The notes: generated from the sequence alone by a model not told the origin. A stretch of DNA of 61,566 bases, filler included, from Globobulimina sp. (GCA_003354225.1; 15 parts of 15 records of this genome joined end to end with filler, not necessarily neighbours in it), one strand, 5' to 3'; positions 45,234 through 57,294 are shown, counted from the first letter of the whole stretch. Translations and numbers: made by a program.

Positions 45234-46257
45234 AAATGTTGATTGGCAAACTCTTTCCATTCCGCAGCAACAAACATTAATACATATGAAAACACAAAAT
45301 TATTAATCCAAAATATCCAGAATGTGGCTGTACGCACAGATTGGCCCACTGTTAATGAATATTGTTCATATTGCATTTGCTGCTTGCTTTGTTTGTGTGT
45401 ATTTTTATCTTTTTCCGGGATGTACCAGGCTGGATTTTTAACACAAAATACTGAAATAATTTGCATAATTACTGCAATCCCAGCAATCTTTAGAAACATA
45501 TATGGTATTTCATCAATAACTCTTTTCTGCAAACAATATCCGACATTATTATCCATTTCAGCATCATCTGGATTGGCAAATAATTGTTGCACAAAATCCC
45601 ATATCAAAGGGGATCCACCAAATATAGCATTGATAATACCACATACTCTGCCTTGGTGGAAAGGGAACCACCGCATACATACGACGGTTAATAATGGATA
45701 ACCCAAACCAACGCCGAAACCAAATACTACGCCATAAGAGAACAACACTAAATATATCTGGTTTGACAATAAAGCAAGGTATGTTCCACCAAACCCTGCG
45801 GATACAAATATTGATGATACAATAATTGCTATTGTGGGACCAAAATATAATTCTGTATAACGCAACAAAAAATATCAATATATATATTTCACAAATATGT
45901 ATAAATTTAAAAAAACATTTTTTCCGAATACGTACCAAGTTTGCCGCCTAAAATAGCACCAAATGTTAATGCTGTGAATAATAAAAAGAACGAATAATTT
46001 GTAATTGATGTGTAATGATCATAATCAGATTTAGAAACTGGATGAGAAGAATTATGATAGGCTATGTATGACGCAATATATGGTAAAACATTGCCATACG
46101 TCCACAATAGCCCTAATGAAATTTGATATAATAATCCTATAAATGCAATATATCCCCATCTATTGCTGAACGTTGGTTTTCCATCTTTCATATTGGACAT
46201 TAAACTCCGTTCTGAGTTTATGGAGTATGCATTTGTTGAAGATACTTGCGTTCTCAT
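45234..46257 (-). CDS. MFS transporter (oxalate:formate antiporter-like); intron 45853-45935; 3' truncated
   Basis: YGNVLPYIASY, YGVVFGFGVGLGY and WFPFHQGRVCGI. Confidence 0.88.
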
Positions 46258-46339
46258 TATGCCTTCCCGATTAGATGATTGGTTTGAAAAAATAATGTAT
46301 CAGCTTTTGTCAAAAGTTTTCTGCAGTTGTATTCCTTCC

Positions 46340-48013
46340 ATGGCATCCGTGTTCTGGCTGTGTTTGCCGGTTTTGTTGCAAATAGTGTCATCCACATTCG
46401 AATCAGAATTACTTATTCCAAATCCAAGACAAATACGAAAATGGACAACAAAAGAGAAATTAAAACGATTACAAGAAGCCAAAGCAGATAACAAACCAAA
46501 TTTTATCATATTTTTTGCCGATGATCTAGGATATGGTGATTTATCATATACTGGACACCCCACGATTTACACCCCAAATATTGACTACTATGCTTATTCA
46601 GGAAAGATATTGACCACATGGTATAGTGGAGGCCATCTATGTTCACCATCACGTGCTGCTATGTTAACAGGTCGCTTATGTGTCAGATCAGGAACATGCG
46701 GAGGATGGACAGGTGACGTATTTAGAGAAGGAGCAAAAGGTGGATTACCTACCAACGAAACCTCATTTGCTACTATATTGAAAAAAGCAGGTTATAATAC
46801 CAAAGTAGTTGGAAAATGGCATTTGGGCGTTTTGCCAGAATATATGCCTCTCAATCATGGATTTGACGAATATTTGGGTGTTCCATACAGTGTCGATATG
46901 GGTTGTTCCGTATGGCATCCATGCACCAGTGGCAGTATCATGCCATTGATAAAAGATAACAGTACGGTACTACAACAACCTGCGGATTTATCCAAGCTAT
47001 CAGATATTTATTTGGATTCTGCAGTTGAGTTTATCAACAAGTCAGCCAATCAGAATAATCCATTTGTTTTATATTTGCCCCTCTCGCATGTACATGTTCC
47101 AGATTATATGTCACCGCTCTTTTGCAATAGCAGTATGCGCGGATTTTATGGTGCTGCGGTCGAAGAAATGGATGCGTTGATTGGCGATGTTATGCAATAT
47201 GTGAGGTCTCGCAATATTGATGACCAAACACTGGTATTTTTTACGTCTGATAATGGACCGTGGATGACACAAAGATTAGCGGGTGGCAGTTCTGGCTTAT
47301 TTCGAGGAGCAAAGGAAAATACATTCGAAGGTGGCGTGCGAATGCCAGCCTGGGCCTATTGGCCAGGTATGATAGATTATGGTAGTCGTTCGGCGGAAAT
47401 TACAGCCACTTATGATATCTTTGCAACCATTATAAGTATTGCCAATGCAACACAATATCTACCGAATGATGGTCGATTGTATGATGGGAGAGATATGACT
47501 GATATTTTGTTTTTTGGTGGCCAATCAAAACATGACTGTATATTTTATTGGGGTGGTATGCCAAATGATACTCAGTCATGTCCATATAATGTAACATCGC
47601 CAGATTGGGGCTTATGTCAAGGTTTATGGGCTGTTCGTTGCGGTCAATATAAAGCGCATTGGGTTACGAGAGGGCAGAATGAATCGCATACATTACAAGA
47701 ACCACCGTTGCTATTTAATATTAATTGGGATCCATCCGAGCTACATCCAATTTGGCCGGATAATGAGGCTTATAATAATATTATGGCTCCCTTATTTCAA
47801 GCAAAATGGAATCATTTATCCACTGTTAAGAAAGTAGCAGATCAAATTGCAAAAGGGAGTACTTCTGACAATTGGTTTTGTGGTGATCCAGAGTCACAAA
47901 ATAAATATCCAAATTATCCAAATTGTACTTCGAATCCGGAAAATTGGGAAGCTTTCGTGTGTAATCCTGTTTGTTTAGATTTCGATACATGTGGTACATC
48001 GTATCCTGGTTAG
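46340..48013 (+). CDS. Secreted arylsulfatase (formylglycine-dependent, ARSA/ARSG-like)
   Basis: ADDLGYGD, CSPSRAAMLTGR, GKWHLG, SDNGP and EGGVRMP. Confidence 0.96.
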   Translation: MASVFWLCLPVLLQIVSSTFESELLIPNPRQIRKWTTKEKLKRLQEAKADNKPNFIIFFADDLGYGDLSYTGHPTIYTPNIDYYAYSGKILTTWYSGGHLCSPSRAAMLTGRLCVRSGTCGGWTGDVFREGAKGGLPTNETSFATILKKAGYNTKVVGKWHLGVLPEYMPLNHGFDEYLGVPYSVDMGCSVWHPCTSGSIMPLIKDNSTVLQQPADLSKLSDIYLDSAVEFINKSANQNNPFVLYLPLSHVHVPDYMSPLFCNSSMRGFYGAAVEEMDALIGDVMQYVRSRNIDDQTLVFFTSDNGPWMTQRLAGGSSGLFRGAKENTFEGGVRMPAWAYWPGMIDYGSRSAEITATYDIFATIISIANATQYLPNDGRLYDGRDMTDILFFGGQSKHDCIFYWGGMPNDTQSCPYNVTSPDWGLCQGLWAVRCGQYKAHWVTRGQNESHTLQEPPLLFNINWDPSELHPIWPDNEAYNNIMAPLFQAKWNHLSTVKKVADQIAKGSTSDNWFCGDPESQNKYPNYPNCTSNPENWEAFVCNPVCLDFDTCGTSYPG

Positions 48014-48198
48014 TTTTGACAGACAGTTTATAATATAATTACATGATAACACTCATAAGTCATAACAGTAATATAAAATAAAAACTTCTTCTAAACGTTT
48101 TTTTTTCATGCTCCAAATCACATTTGAAACTAGAATATGTTTTACAAAATAGGAATAACTAAAATTAAATTAGGGCTTAGAGCAGAAATGGAGAGTGA

Positions 48199-48850
48199 TC
48201 AATGAAATATTAAATCACCGCCAGTCAATTTAGTTTTAATTTGCAGCTTATATTTTGAGTCAACATCTTTATTAAACTCGATACCATTAACTCTGACAAA
48301 TACAGAACTACATTTAATTAATTTGGGTGTAAATGACATATCCAATTCCCAATTAACTAAGAAATGTTTTAATGGTTCATTTGGAGGCTGCGTGTATTGT
48401 GTTTGCCTTTTATGGAGGATCCGGACAACACCCTTTCGATTAAAATATATAAATATTTCCCATCCAAATTCAGTTCGTACATCTTTCATTCCATTAAAAC
48501 CATTTGGAATGAAGTAATCTTTTAAGAGGCTATAAAATGCTCCGAATATTACATTTTGATTGCACCCATTTAGTATACGAATAACCTGACTATTATCGAT
48601 CTTATTTGCTTCAAATATTTCTCTCAATTCCTCATCGTATTGTTGCGTTCGATTCTTTTTTGTTTCTTCATCGTTTAATACCTTTTCTAGTGTACTGTGT
48701 ACCACTTTGTTTGTGTCTGTTTGATCAATCAATACACATTGTTTTGCCAAACATAACAAAATATTTGTTATTCGATCCCAGTTTGTATTTTCTTTTTGTT
48801 TTTCATCATCATCGTTATTTTCCTTTTTATCACTAACAGCAATTCCTTTG
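48199..48850 (-). CDS. Hypothetical protein, probably the 3' part of an intron-containing gene
   Basis: 186+ aa ORF; no confidently recognised family. Confidence 0.5.
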
Positions 48851-49416
48851 GAGACAAGTGTTATGTTTTTACTCTCAATGTTATTGATTATTGATATTCT
48901 CTTTGAAATTCGAGGTAAATCTTTAAAACTTGTTTTCTTTGTTTTTCTAACAATTCGTGTTATTTCCTCTTCGCGCGATTTCGGTTTACTTGACTGTCAA
49001 AGTTTAGATAAGTACAATAGGCATTTTTGCTTTATCGTAAAAATCTATTTTCTAAAAGAAAAAACTGATTTTTTCTGTTTAAAAACAGTTTTTTACGATA
49101 AAGCAAAAATGCCTATACGCATATTAGTACTAATATACAGAAGTTTCCACGGTAAACCAGACAAATATTTCTCCTGGGTATACCAGACCACATGAGTTGA
49201 TTCAACAATTCTTGTAATTGTATTTTTATTTTTGTTGGGAAANNNNNNNNNNNNNNNNNNNNNNNNNNNNNNNNNNNNNNNNNNNNTTAATTAATTAANN
49301 NNNNNNNNNNNNNNNNNNNNNNNNNNNNNNNNNNNNNNNNNNTAAAAATAGAAAATTTAAATGTTGATTGAAGAAATGAACTAAAAGCAAAAACCCTATT
49401 TATAGCACACTAATTA

Positions 49417-51168
49417 TCAATACATTGAATCAGTTCGAAAACAATCTGCACCAAATTTTGTCTTTAACTTTTGAATAAATTTTAATTTGCTATCAATTTT
49501 AATTAACGGTCCTCTCCATATTCTGACGGTCTGCAACGGACATTTATTTTTATTATAAAGCAATTCATTTACAAACTTTTCATCGCCACCATTCCATTTA
49601 AATTCCAACGTACTCAATTTCTTCATTTTCGAATACATCGCCATGGATTTAAGAAATATATTCTTAAAAAGTATTGCATTGCCAAAATCCACTCTTAATT
49701 TGACAACTTGTGCTGCTTTGAACTGTAACAAAAAACGAAACCACAAATGAGGAATACGATCCTCTTCAGGATGGGTTGCAATATAAGTTATGGTTTCAAC
49801 TGGACATTTCTTTATTATCTCTGCTGCCGAAGGTAACATTGTTACTAAATCTTTCATTCTTTTTGTTTTGAATATATTCAAAATTAAATCTAATCCTCGG
49901 TTCCACCATGTTTGTCCTTTTTCATTTCCGCCCTTCAATCTATTCCTCCATCCAAATACCTCCACGTGTTTAGCCGCCAGCATTGTAACTACAAAAGCTC
50001 GAAATGGCTCTTTCCCCGTAAAATTTTTCAACATCCACTCATCTTCTTCTGTGAAATGAATGTCGTTATTTCGTTTCATCCATATATTTCGCATTGATAA
50101 TCTGTGATATTTTTCGGTTTTTATTTGATTGATTATAGTGATCAACGGGAATATTTCACATTTATCTATTTCAATTTCCTGGATCTCGTCCAATGTTCCA
50201 ATAGCAGAGGATAATTGTTTTGAAAATTCAGTGTCATACAAAGACAATATTCGTAAACTCTTAACTTTGGTAAAAAAGTGGGCACATTTCATTCTGTCCA
50301 ATGTTCGTAAAACAAATGTTTTTTTCTCAATCAATATATCTAATTCAAACCAACTAAAATCTAATGTTATTTTTTCTTTTTTAGCAATCATATCTGTTAT
50401 TGAGTGAACCCCATTATTTGCATATTGCCATAACCAGTTCGGATGACTGATATCGATACGTTTACTCTTTTTACAGTTAAGATTGCATTTTTTATTTATC
50501 AAAGCATACGAATTGACATCGTCTACATAATTTAAAATGTTGTGGTGTTGTAATATTTTTGATGGAGATAATAATGGACCGGTTGAGTTTAATGAGTTAT
50601 GACTGTTATCATCCGATGTATTTTCATCTTTGTCGTGCTCATTTATGCGCGCCATATTTTCAATTATCCATATTTTATCCATATTTTCAATGTTAGTATG
50701 AATAGTATCTCCACATTGTCTGTCATTATACAGTGAGAAATGTGCAGATTCATCATTTGTCGAAAAGGCGCAGATATCCGCTACATCATCGCAAATATCA
50801 TGTGTTACAACAGAACCAGTGATAGAAGTCACTGGTAACGGGTGAGATGAATAAGAGCCATCTCGTTCAAAGGTAGATACACACGGCTCATTGGTTGGTA
50901 GTTGTAGTGATTCAGATTTATTGCTATTATGGTCATCAAACATAGCATGTATTTGCTTAGTAATATGCTTATTTTGCATGGTTTGGATGTTTTCTAATTG
51001 TTGATCAAACATAGCATGTATTTGTTGAGAAACCAATGCTTTTTGCTGCCATAAACGGGTCAATTGATCACAATATTTTGTCTCCAATCGTTGTATCATT
51101 TCAATTCTCTCTTTTTTGATTTGTGTTTCGCGGCCCTTCAGATGTTGTAGAAAGCCACCAAGAATCAT
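49417..51168 (-). CDS. Hypothetical protein (coiled-coil N-terminus, LRR-like C-terminus); possibly chimeric
   Basis: Long ORF whose two halves differ in character. Confidence 0.55.
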   Translation of the reverse strand: MILGGFLQHLKGRETQIKKERIEMIQRLETKYCDQLTRLWQQKALVSQQIHAMFDQQLENIQTMQNKHITKQIHAMFDDHNSNKSESLQLPTNEPCVSTFERDGSYSSHPLPVTSITGSVVTHDICDDVADICAFSTNDESAHFSLYNDRQCGDTIHTNIENMDKIWIIENMARINEHDKDENTSDDNSHNSLNSTGPLLSPSKILQHHNILNYVDDVNSYALINKKCNLNCKKSKRIDISHPNWLWQYANNGVHSITDMIAKKEKITLDFSWFELDILIEKKTFVLRTLDRMKCAHFFTKVKSLRILSLYDTEFSKQLSSAIGTLDEIQEIEIDKCEIFPLITIINQIKTEKYHRLSMRNIWMKRNNDIHFTEEDEWMLKNFTGKEPFRAFVVTMLAAKHVEVFGWRNRLKGGNEKGQTWWNRGLDLILNIFKTKRMKDLVTMLPSAAEIIKKCPVETITYIATHPEEDRIPHLWFRFLLQFKAAQVVKLRVDFGNAILFKNIFLKSMAMYSKMKKLSTLEFKWNGGDEKFVNELLYNKNKCPLQTVRIWRGPLIKIDSKLKFIQKLKTKFGADCFRTDSMY

Positions 51169-51277
51169 GTTGCGTAAAATTATAATTTTTAAAAAATACT
51201 TAATTAACTGCTTCAAGCAAATACTATACAACTCAATATGAAGCAATCATGACTATTATTTATGCGGTACTTTGATT

Positions 51278-53158
51278 TTATTTCTTTGCTGCATTGCATT
51301 TAAAGCAGATTTTCCTTGATGCAAAATTCAAAACGCCACATTGACCACAATCCCAATCTCCTGATTTTTTTGGCCTTTTCCCTTTTGTACATTGTCTACA
51401 TTCTGCATTTTTCGCAAAATTTTTATATTGACATACTGCACAAAACCAATCGCCGCGAACAAATTTATCTTTCATTGATATTTTGGATTTATTTCGATAC
51501 GCACTCTGTGACACATATTCTCGCGACGCCACACTTCTTTGTAAGGCATGCGATTTTTTATTCATTTTTAACATTTTACCTCCTTTCTCCCGAAATACAT
51601 CTTTATTCGCCATATTTCTATTTAATATTTTAATATCGACCACCAAATTCTTTGTGAATTCTTCATTTTTGGAATATGAACTTTCTAATTTTTGTTCACA
51701 TGAACTTAAGGCATTTCTCGCCATGTCCAATTTCCCGGCATTTGCGAAAATATCTGCCTTTTCCATCGATTCTATCATTAACACCCTATTCAACTGTTTA
51801 TCCAATTCCATATTTCTACCAATTTCTTTTACATCATCCTTATCCACGCGATTTACGCTAGAAATCACCACTAATTCTTCTTTCTTATCCTTTTCAACAT
51901 TAATATATTTCAAACTTAGTCTAATAATATTTTGTAACTCGCATTTTGCATATTTCTCCAAACAAAGTTGAAATAATAAATCCTTACTTTCTTCGCTCTG
52001 AATATTATTGATATAAATCTCATAAATCTTCTCCTTTTCAACAGTACGTAGCTCATAACCAGCTGCAATGGATAAACATTTACTAATTTTCACATTATTC
52101 AATGCCTCTATCTTTAAACTTAAATCCAATCCAAATACACTCACTAAACCACCTAAGCATTCTGCAAAAGAGTCGGAGATCATGGATGTATCCTGAATAT
52201 ATACATACATTCCATTACCAAATTCGCTCAATTTAGTTAACAGATTTTCATTATGATCTGCTCCAAAACCAAACGTATTTATGGTGCAATTTAATTTAAA
52301 TGGTTTTTCCTCTTTTTTCTCGTCCTCTTCTTGCTGTAATTGAGCTGTTTGTGGCGGTTTTGGTGTTTTGCATTTAAAGCATTGATTACGTTTTGCAAAA
52401 TTCATGACAGCACATTGGGGACAATCCCAATCGCCCGGTCTCCCTTTGCTACCTTTTGGTTTTTTCCCTTTCCCACATTGTCTGCATTTATTACGGGATG
52501 AAAAATTATGATCAGAGCAAAAGGGACAGATCCAGTCTCCAGAACGAATATTACTTTTATTGCTTTCTTGTACCATTGGTTTGCCTTTGATAGCCTCAAT
52601 AATTTCAGCAGCGGTCGTAAAGCCCCGATTTGCTTCGCCGTCCGTTAATAATAAGACTGATGAAATATCGTTTTTATTGTTTTTAACTCTTTCGTTCATC
52701 ATTTTAATTCCTGTTAATAAACCATCACATAATGCAGTAACACCTGCGGCTTTGATACTATTTAACGATAATTTTGCTTTTTCCTTTCCATTGTTGTCCA
52801 TTCTTGTCAATGCTAAACGTATTTGCGATGTGTTGCTATAACCAACGATACCGAATCTGTCTGAATCTGATAAATTGTCAATTATACAATCTAATGTATC
52901 TTTGACGAGATCTATTCTGGAGCCCGACATACTGCCGCTTTCATCTACAACACATATTAAATCAATGGGATTGTGCATGTTATCGCCATCTACATCTACA
53001 AATAAAGGCGCTTTAATGGAAGCCATATAATAAAATTCTTCATTTTTTTTATTATACGCACACGCGTTCATTTCGGGAATTCCTTGTAATGATAATTTCA
53101 TATCCTTTCCTTCTTCTTGTTTTGTTTCTGCTACCGATACTGCACCAGGCTGTGCCAT
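51278..53158 (-). CDS. vWA-domain protein with four RanBP2-type zinc fingers
   Basis: MIDAS DESGSM, T and LLLTDG; four GDW-x-C-x2-C-x3-NF-x5-C-x2-C fingers. Confidence 0.92.
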   Translation of the reverse strand: MAQPGAVSVAETKQEEGKDMKLSLQGIPEMNACAYNKKNEEFYYMASIKAPLFVDVDGDNMHNPIDLICVVDESGSMSGSRIDLVKDTLDCIIDNLSDSDRFGIVGYSNTSQIRLALTRMDNNGKEKAKLSLNSIKAAGVTALCDGLLTGIKMMNERVKNNKNDISSVLLLTDGEANRGFTTAAEIIEAIKGKPMVQESNKSNIRSGDWICPFCSDHNFSSRNKCRQCGKGKKPKGSKGRPGDWDCPQCAVMNFAKRNQCFKCKTPKPPQTAQLQQEEDEKKEEKPFKLNCTINTFGFGADHNENLLTKLSEFGNGMYVYIQDTSMISDSFAECLGGLVSVFGLDLSLKIEALNNVKISKCLSIAAGYELRTVEKEKIYEIYINNIQSEESKDLLFQLCLEKYAKCELQNIIRLSLKYINVEKDKKEELVVISSVNRVDKDDVKEIGRNMELDKQLNRVLMIESMEKADIFANAGKLDMARNALSSCEQKLESSYSKNEEFTKNLVVDIKILNRNMANKDVFREKGGKMLKMNKKSHALQRSVASREYVSQSAYRNKSKISMKDKFVRGDWFCAVCQYKNFAKNAECRQCTKGKRPKKSGDWDCGQCGVLNFASRKICFKCNAAKK

Positions 53159-53610
53159 GATATCAAAAGGTTTTGAAAACTAGACTGTCAGTCAAAATAA
53201 ATTTATGATTTATGTTATATAGACACGTATCTACAAATAAATATTGACGTTAAATGTGATATTTTCATCTTTTGCATCAAAGGGATACCATCGAGGATAA
53301 TTTGTGCTCCACATATTATTCATTCATTCAAATGCAAATCCATCATTTTGNNNNNNNNNNNNNNNNNNNNNNNNNNNNNNNNNNNNNNNNNNNNTTAATT
53401 AATTAANNNNNNNNNNNNNNNNNNNNNNNNNNNNNNNNNNNNNNNNNNNNTGAGCCCATCCAGAGTGCTCAGTCAATTAGAAGGAAACTTTAGAGGTCCT
53501 GTGCAAGAGGCATGTGGACAAGTATGCACTTTTTGCTTTTCTATACATATATTTTAGATACATATGTTTATATGCAGATATTGAACAGAAAAGTGGAAAA
53601 TATAACAACT

Positions 53611-53775
53611 ATGACTCAATTTAAATCACATGACAAATTTTGGAGAGCGGTTATTATGTTGGTTGTTATGTGTTTCTTGGTTGGCAGTGTCCGCGGAGGA
53701 TGCAGACAAGAGTATTATTGCGAGACCAATTTTAAGGGAAAACCTGTATGTGGATTCAAGCTTGTATGTGATTAA
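53611..53775 (+). CDS. Small secreted 4-Cys peptide precursor
   Basis: Hydrophobic signal ending VRG, then GCRQEYYCETNFKGKPVCGFKLVCD. Confidence 0.5.
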   Translation: MTQFKSHDKFWRAVIMLVVMCFLVGSVRGGCRQEYYCETNFKGKPVCGFKLVCD

Positions 53776-53985
53776 TACAATGACGTTTCAAAAAAATTGT
53801 TTACACAAATTCACACAACTTTGTGACGTTGCATATAATATGTAAGAAATCAATTAGATTTCACCTCTACACAACTGAAGCAAGGAACATTCCAATAATA
53901 CCGTCTTATTTTTGTAATTATTGCCAATAATACCGTCCGGATAGGGGTTGTTTACAATATATAGAAAATGACTACATTTTCATTT

Positions 53986-54984
53986 TTAACGAAGAAAATG
54001 AGTACAACTAAAATAAACAACGTGTACCGTGTCATTGTCATTCAAAGTTGGATAAATCTGTTTTAATAATCCAATCAACTCATCGCCAGTCTGCATATTT
54101 TCGATGTTGGCGATTTCATCATTAATATCCTTCAATCGATAACTTTCAATTTTGATAATATACAATAAAGCAAATGGTTTTTTGCCATGGTCAATAGTTG
54201 CAATCATCCATTTATTTGCTTCCAAATGGATGTTAAAAGAGGAACCTTTAATCCATCGTGTTGTTGCACACTTTTTTCTCGATACAATAATATCTTCAAA
54301 TTCATTCAAGAAATCCAATGGTTCTAAAACTTTTAAATACGCATCTTTTTTCTCATCACCATCCATTAAATATATTGGCAATATGCTTTCCCAATGGCTC
54401 ACATTATATTGATAGCCAGCAATGATTGATTTCATTTTGATAGCAACGCGTTTGCTATTTATAACATTTGAAGTATCAATTAATTGTCCAAGAGAATGTG
54501 GTGCATTTTGGTGATTATTTAATAAGACATCTTGCAATTCTTTGGATCGATTTATATCCCATTTCAAAGACTCAATATCATCTTTATCATATTTACACAT
54601 TGCTCGTTTTGCAATTCGTGAATGGATTATATTCGTATTTGCAACCAATAAAAAACAATAAATAGATGAATATTTGCAGCCAGGTATATTTTTAATTGCA
54701 TTTATAAAGTTCAACAATGTTTGTTCATTTTCAAATACATAGCTTATAATAAAATTAGTGCTTTTAAACCGAGCAACATGTAAGTTAATATTAGCACAAA
54801 TAATTGAAGTCCAATGGTCATACCAGTCCGTACAATTTGCATGATTTATATTTGAATGCTGATAAAACGCATCGCCATCCATATGCACGCAATCCTTAAT
54901 CAATCCGTTGAGTGCGTCGCCGGTGGCTGTTTTCCCGACTCCGACAGTTCCATTTATAATTATAATTGTATTATGTAACTCCAT
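53986..54984 (-). CDS. P-loop nucleotide-kinase-like domain fused to an ASCH (PUA-like) domain
   Basis: IINGTVGVGKT...DGD...IISYVF...RIAKR, then FEDIIVSRKKCATTR...IANIEN...LKQIYP...VVYF. Confidence 0.85.
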   Translation of the reverse strand: MELHNTIIIINGTVGVGKTATGDALNGLIKDCVHMDGDAFYQHSNINHANCTDWYDHWTSIICANINLHVARFKSTNFIISYVFENEQTLLNFINAIKNIPGCKYSSIYCFLLVANTNIIHSRIAKRAMCKYDKDDIESLKWDINRSKELQDVLLNNHQNAPHSLGQLIDTSNVINSKRVAIKMKSIIAGYQYNVSHWESILPIYLMDGDEKKDAYLKVLEPLDFLNEFEDIIVSRKKCATTRWIKGSSFNIHLEANKWMIATIDHGKKPFALLYIIKIESYRLKDINDEIANIENMQTGDELIGLLKQIYPTLNDNDTVHVVYFSCTHFLR

Positions 54985-55099
54985 TTGAGTATCACTGGAG
55001 GCGCAACTATGTCTATTAACAAATAATAGCGCATCATCAATTATTTCCAACAGTTTCATTGACATCATATAAAAAAGAAGCAAAAACTGTAAGTTGATA

Positions 55100-57294
55100 A
55101 TGGCAACAGATACTGATTCAGTTGCATCAGATTTACCCAACATGCCACTCACTAACCCAGCACCATTCAAGCAAAGCAGCAAATCTATATTCAACAATGT
55201 ACCATCATTACCATTCAATATATTATTATGCAGTTCAAACAATACCAAATTCTCTCTCCAATTAACAGAATTAACAGAAACTCCGAATAGCAAAAACAAT
55301 ATCGACCCACATGTACAACAATCTCCAACACCAGAAAGCAATGTAACCTTCAAATTCAACAAAGATGACCAATGCCGCTATGAGCATGAACATAAAAAAA
55401 AAGAAGATAAAAATTATCGCCTGGGAGACTTAGTAATTATCAGCAAAAACAAACAAGGCTTAATCCGATATATTGGCGAATTGCACGGCGACACACATAT
55501 ATGGTACGGCATTGAACTAATTGGCGGACACAAAGGTTTTCATGATGGCACTTTCCAGGGACACACATATTTTGTAGTTACGCACAATATATTATACACT
55601 CACATGTCATATATACAGTATTATTGACAAAAAACAGTGCGGGATTCACGCCGGAATGTTTGTGAAAAAACATCAGATTTCGCGCAAAATGTCATTCACT
55701 GACTTCCACTCCGTACCACACACAACAAAGCCGTACAAGTACAAAAGCCCCAAAACCCCGAAAAAATTGGGACCGCGCGATATTGGTAAGATCAAAGGGT
55801 GGAAACCCTCGCGCGATATATATAAAACTCAAAGTGAATTAAAACAGCAACAGCTACGTAAAAAATACAAAGCGCAGCACAAGACACACAGAAAACGGTC
55901 GAGTTTAACTGACATAGAATCGGAATTGTCGTCCACCACATTGTCACAAGTGGAGAAAAAAGCTGGTCCGCGAGACATTGGCCGCGTACATTCCAACAAT
56001 ACGGACTGGAAACCCATAGCCGATGCGGATAAAATCATCCAAGAGCAGCAGAAAAAGGTATCGTTTCTCGGTGTGTTTAAAAACAAACCGCAGCGCAGAA
56101 ACCGAGCCAAATCGTCGCTGTTAATGCGGAAATCTGGGCACCAAAAATCAAAAACCGCTTTATTTCGCAAGGGTAATTATAAGGAGAAGAAAAAACTACG
56201 TCAGAATAAATCCGAACATGCATTGTTGCCGTTCGATTCCATCGGAACTCGGCAGAGATCCAAGACCCCCACACCATCGACCACTGGCTTACGGTACACT
56301 GACTCCAACGAGAATGCTGTGGATGTTGCACACAAAAAATCATCCAAACGCAGGAAAAAGAAACGAAATAAGGCTAAACATCAGGCACATTATATACTTT
56401 ATACATAATTTAATTTAAATTAACAGTGAACACATTTACAAACAGTATATTTAAATTAAATTATGTTAACTTTGCTGTTGTGTACAGGTAAATTATTCAG
56501 AGGACAATTGCAATGCTACTATTTTGCCCATTGATTGTAGCAATGCACCGAGAAAGCGCAGTAAATCACGCAATAAAAAGCAAATAAGAAATGACCTGAA
56601 GAATAAAACTAAAATCAGACAAGCAAAAAAGTATAAGTTGGAGCTTGGTCGTAGCCGCAGCCATACTGCAGACACTAAACAAAGCCGTTTAACATTAAAC
56701 AAAGCGAACTCTGCTGGCGGTGGCAAGTCAGGTAAGTGCGAGCTTGAGTTCCCAGACATTTTGAAGTTTGAGGATGAGCCGATGCTAGATACGCATGGCA
56801 GGCATGTACATGGCGGGCGTTTGTTGGGTGGAAATAGGAAAAAGCGAAAGAAAAAACGCAGCAAAGATATTGAGAAGGCAGTGATCATTCGAGTCTCCTC
56901 TGAGGCGGACGTGGAGGAGAAACGGCATAGAAAGAAAGGACTGAATATGAGCAGGACTGGCATGGAGGATGAGGTGCTATTCGCTGAGGTGTACGCTGAG
57001 ATCGAGCAGAGGAAATCCGGTGTAATGGAGATTGAACAGCAACTGAATGCGCTGCAGGATACGGATTTTGATATGGAGTTTGACAAAGCATTGGAGGAAG
57101 CACAGCAAACTCAGAATCAGTTCAAACGGAGTAACAGTGAGATTATAGAAGTGATGGAGAGTGATTTGGAGCAGTTGCAACTGAGTGAAACTAGTCGACG
57201 CAAAATTAATTGTATGAAAAATAAAGACATTTTGTGGGTGGAGCAGGACAGCGATGGCGATAAGAATGGTGAGGTGAGTGGATATGTGGAATAG
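55100..57294 (+). CDS. CAP-Gly domain protein with a long basic low-complexity region; at least two introns
   Basis: GLIRYIG...WYGIEL...GFHDGTFQGHTYF, continuing to GMFVK after an intron. Confidence 0.8.

Noticed and set aside
54985-55362. N-terminal extension making a 458-aa kinase-ASCH ORF that overlaps the CAP-Gly gene
   Set aside because: It starts at a non-ATG codon and is antisense to the CAP-Gly exon; the ATG at 54984 directly precedes the P-loop strand. Similar spurious extensions affect ORFs 46163, 37135, 15395 and 30848.
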